This document shows positions 60,756 through 64,000 of a DNA stretch of 64,000 nucleotides, piece by piece. Below the pieces are notes generated by a model that was not told the origin of the DNA, ran no database searches, and saw only the letters and a program-made list of their open reading frames with translations. Both the position numbers and the translations under genes were made by a program. The DNA comes from Trichosphaerium sp. ATCC 40318 (lineage: Eukaryota > Protista > Tubulinea), in NCBI GenBank assembly GCA_038496445.1, contig JALMLS010000204.1, positions 124,001 to 188,000 on the forward strand, given 5' to 3'. Numbering within the stretch: the first letter of the stretch is position 1; the number at the start of each line of letters is the position of its first letter.

Positions 60756-62683
60756 ATGGTGCTAAAGTTAGCGCAAAGAATTAAGGCATTAACACAAAAG
60801 CTTGCAAAACTTGCAGAAGAAAATGAGAAAAAGAAAAAAGATTATAACGAAAAATATGAAGATTTCATGCAATTTCGCCAAAAGAGTACTGCACGTTATG
60901 CACGTGTTCATGAAGAAGTTCGACAATTGAAAAGACTGAATGGCATATTTAGGGCGTTTTCAAAGCTACTGGGTCTAGGTACATACTTACAGTTGTCTTT
61001 ACTTAGTACTTCGTCTATCTAACTATTTTAGACTATACTGGCATTTATGAGTGTAACAGGATACAGGAGATGGTGACACACGTGAACACACTAGAATTTT
61101 GCCGTGAGAACTCTGTTATCAAGTTTTGTGGCGTTTACGACCCTGAAAACAGCCTGTTTGTAGATACAAACCATGCAGACATCACAGCGGATGACGATGT
61201 TAAGGTATTAACAATCAATGGCAAAATTGGATCATACACAAAACCAACACTGCGAGAGTTTGGTATGTATGCTTGCGAATTTGGACTTACCTTACTTGAT
61301 ATGTAATGACATTCATTCGAAAAATACTTTGGATGGTGAAACAGTAACAAGGAAGCCTGGCATGATTGACTCAAAGCAACCAGACATCGTATTAACTGCA
61401 AAGAACACTATATATAAATCTGAAATGCAAGCTGTGGCTGTATGGGAGCTGAAAGCCGGCCATAGAACGTACTTTACATCTGAAGAAATAGGACAAGTCA
61501 TGTACGAATTTCTAAGCAATACTTTGTCTCACTATTATTGTAGGCACTTTCTTTCATTGTACATGAAAGCACTACCAGACCGCAAGTTTATGTGGGGTGT
61601 GTTGTCGAACCATAAGTACATCATGTTTATTAAAGTGATGTGGAATGACATTGAGGCATCTCCTACTACCACATATCTGGTGTCTATGATTATAGTACAG
61701 AAGATGCAGCTGGTTCTCAAAAGCTGAGCCACTTTCTTAGCTCTTCACCTGATCAATTAGGATGGCATCCAACTGTTGTACAGCATCAGGATATTTCCTT
61801 AATACCACTTACATTACTTGGTGATGGCGGTACAGCAAAAGTTTACTCAATCTCTGTACCTGCTACACTTTTTGAATCACGTGAACCTGCTGATGATAAA
61901 ACAATGTTTGTATGGCCCTAAAAGTTTTTAGCCGTAACATACCTAAGCATGTAGTGATACATGAAACAACGATGCTCAAAGCCATAAATGAAGCCAACAT
62001 TCCCAATGTTCCTACTTTGGTACTCTCTTGCGTTTCATTCTTTCTAACATTAGTTTTATTCAGGTAGCGAATGGTCGTACTACTACACATCTCGAATACA
62101 TCCTGACGACTCCCGTTGGACAAAGCATAGATAAACAAGGAATAACACCAAGTTTTGTTGATTTGGTAAACACTTTAGAACAGTTACACACAAACGGATT
62201 TGTTCACAGGTACCTGTTGGTTCTTTTTTCAACATACTTATTGGTATGTAAAGGGACATAAGTATTGATAATATTGTTGTACATAACAACAAATGTGTAT
62301 TAATAGACTGGGGAACAGCAATAAAGACAAACTTAAGGACAGAGTTTGAAGGTAGTACATTCTTTGGTTGTAAGGAAGTACACTTCAACATTCACAAAAA
62401 ATTTGTTTACTTGCCTTCCTACGATCTCATGTCTCTTGTCCGTGTATTTGCAATGACAGGACAGTACAAACACAAAATGTCAGAACTCAATTCATTTCAT
62501 GCTGAAGTGGAATGGGATGAGGGACACCTGGCAAATCAACAAGCGTTCATAGATTTCACAAGACATTGATGCTAATTTTACTGATGCTTATAAACTAGCA
62601 TCAGCGCTTGACTACCAAGGCTTGAGGCAGTTTTTTAGTCAAAGACAATGCCTAGCACTTGTGCCATTTAGGATCAATGCATA
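60756..62683 (+). pseudogene. Crinkler-like effector: coiled coil + PD-(D/E)xK nuclease-like domain + protein kinase (disrupted)
   Basis: KQPDIVL...VWELK...EEIGQV...RKFMWGVLSN, then kinase LGDGGTAKVY, ALKVF, HR|DISIDN and LIDWG. There is a frameshift near 61653 and a 13-nt deletion near 62567 relative to the paralog. Confidence 0.8.
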
Positions 62684-63165
62684 GATAGTGACATTACAAC
62701 AATAAAAGTACGAAAAGTGTAATGCAATAAAAACAACCTTGTTTTGTGGTAAAAGTCTTGATATGTAATAAATGCCGTTGAACAGTTGAACACTTTCTCA
62801 CTTAATTGTGCGTCTAAATAAGGAGAAGCGACAAACGGGATAGTTAACAGAATTGATGGGTTACTACATCATCATGAAACGTTGACGTGTGAAGGTTCAC
62901 ATAGTGCTACTCTTTAGTAACTGAACGTCTTGTAGGTCTGATGAAACATGGAAGTTTTAGAATAGCCTGGCATCAGTACAACACTGTACACTTTCGCAGG
63001 TTAAATAAACAAAAAGAAATGTGAACACACCAGCAGTATTAGTAATTTCTTTCAACTTGATAAGTTTCAAGAACAGATTACATACATGTAAAATAGATAT
63101 TGTATCCAGTAGTCTTTTTTTACTTTACTATTCAGTGCATTACATGTTATTGTTGTCATGTACTA

Positions 63166-64000
63166 TCATAGCTGCTTGAACGGAACCAGCGCTAGGCATT
63201 GGGTATGAGTAAAAAACTGCCTCAAGCCTTGGTAGTCAAGCGCTGATGCTAGTTTATAAGCATCAGTAAAATTAGCATCAAGAAGTGTATCCCAATGCCT
63301 TGTGAAATCTATGAACGCTTGTTGATTTGCCAAATGGGCAAATCTCCAATCCACTTCAGCATGAAATGAATTGAGTTCTGACATTTTGTGTTTGTACTGT
63401 CCTGTCATTGCAAATACACGGACAAGAGACATGAGATCGTAGGAAGGCAAGTAAACAAATTTTTTGTGAATGTTGAAGTGCACTTCCTTACAACCAAAGA
63501 ATGTACTACCTTCAAACTCTGTCCTTAAGTTTGTCTTTATCGCTGTTCCCCAGTCTATTAATACGCACTGTTTGTTGTGTACAACAATATTATCAATGCT
63601 TATGTCCCTATTACAATTGAGCCCGATATGTTATAACAAGACACGTGCCTGTGAACAAATCCGTTTGCATGTAACTGTTCTAAAGTGTCTACCAAACCAA
63701 CAAAACTTGGTGTTATTAGCTTTTTATCTAGTGTTTGTCCAGCAGGAGCTGTTACACTGTAGTGGAGCCCTTTGGTGGTTTTACCACTTGCAATCTGACC
63801 AAAAATATAGTAAGCATATTGAGTTAAAAGTAAAGGAGTACCAAAGTAGGGACATTGGCTTCATTTATGGCTTTGAGCATATCTATCTCGTGTTTGACTA
63901 CATACTCAGCTAATTTGCTTTTGAAAACTTTGAGAGCCACACAAACACTGTCATTTTCATCAACAATGTATTTCGAGCTTGAGGTGAGCAATGTGTCAGG
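63166..64000 (-). CDS. Paralogous Crinkler-like kinase, C-terminal part (runs off the window)
   Basis: VALKVF, HEIDMLKAI, FVHR|DISIDNIVV, LIDWGTA and YDLMSLVRVF. Near-identical to 62100-62670 in inverted orientation, and the frame is intact in this window. Confidence 0.88.

Overview
AT-rich, gene-dense eukaryotic genomic DNA with many short (about 40-200 nt) spliceosomal introns and the standard genetic code. It is most consistent with a unicellular protist, possibly an amoebozoan; this assignment is inference only. Exon structures were assembled by eye from GT/GC-AG boundaries, so gene ends are approximate. Housekeeping genes: a G-alpha subunit, a Tipin/Swi3-like protein, an Ariadne RBR E3 ligase, a USP25/28-like deubiquitinase, aminoacylase-1, a CRT-like transporter, a GT23 fucosyltransferase, diacylglycerol kinase, profilin, a MYND-finger protein, serine carboxypeptidase S10 and THOC1. 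Accessory content is interspersed: an apparently intact and young Ngaro-type tyrosine-recombinase retrotransposon (split direct repeats A-B-A-B, 39746-44415), several F-box/MORN-variant/LRR genes resembling giant-virus repertoires, an inverted pair of Crinkler-like nuclease+kinase genes and a DUF6939-like gene. The most unusual items are: (i) a signal-peptide VIT-vWA protein ending in an Hsp70 substrate-binding domain; (ii) an OB-fold protein ending in a catalytically dead caspase-family domain, possibly one gene with an upstream F-box/SWIM unit; (iii) an HNH nuclease with about six SAP/HEH modules; (iv) a saposin-like/coiled-coil/multi-TM protein; (v) a roughly 480 bp intergenic fold-back region holding three G-U-containing hairpins; (vi) strong enrichment of the ATCACGTGAT palindrome and frequent GC-AG introns.
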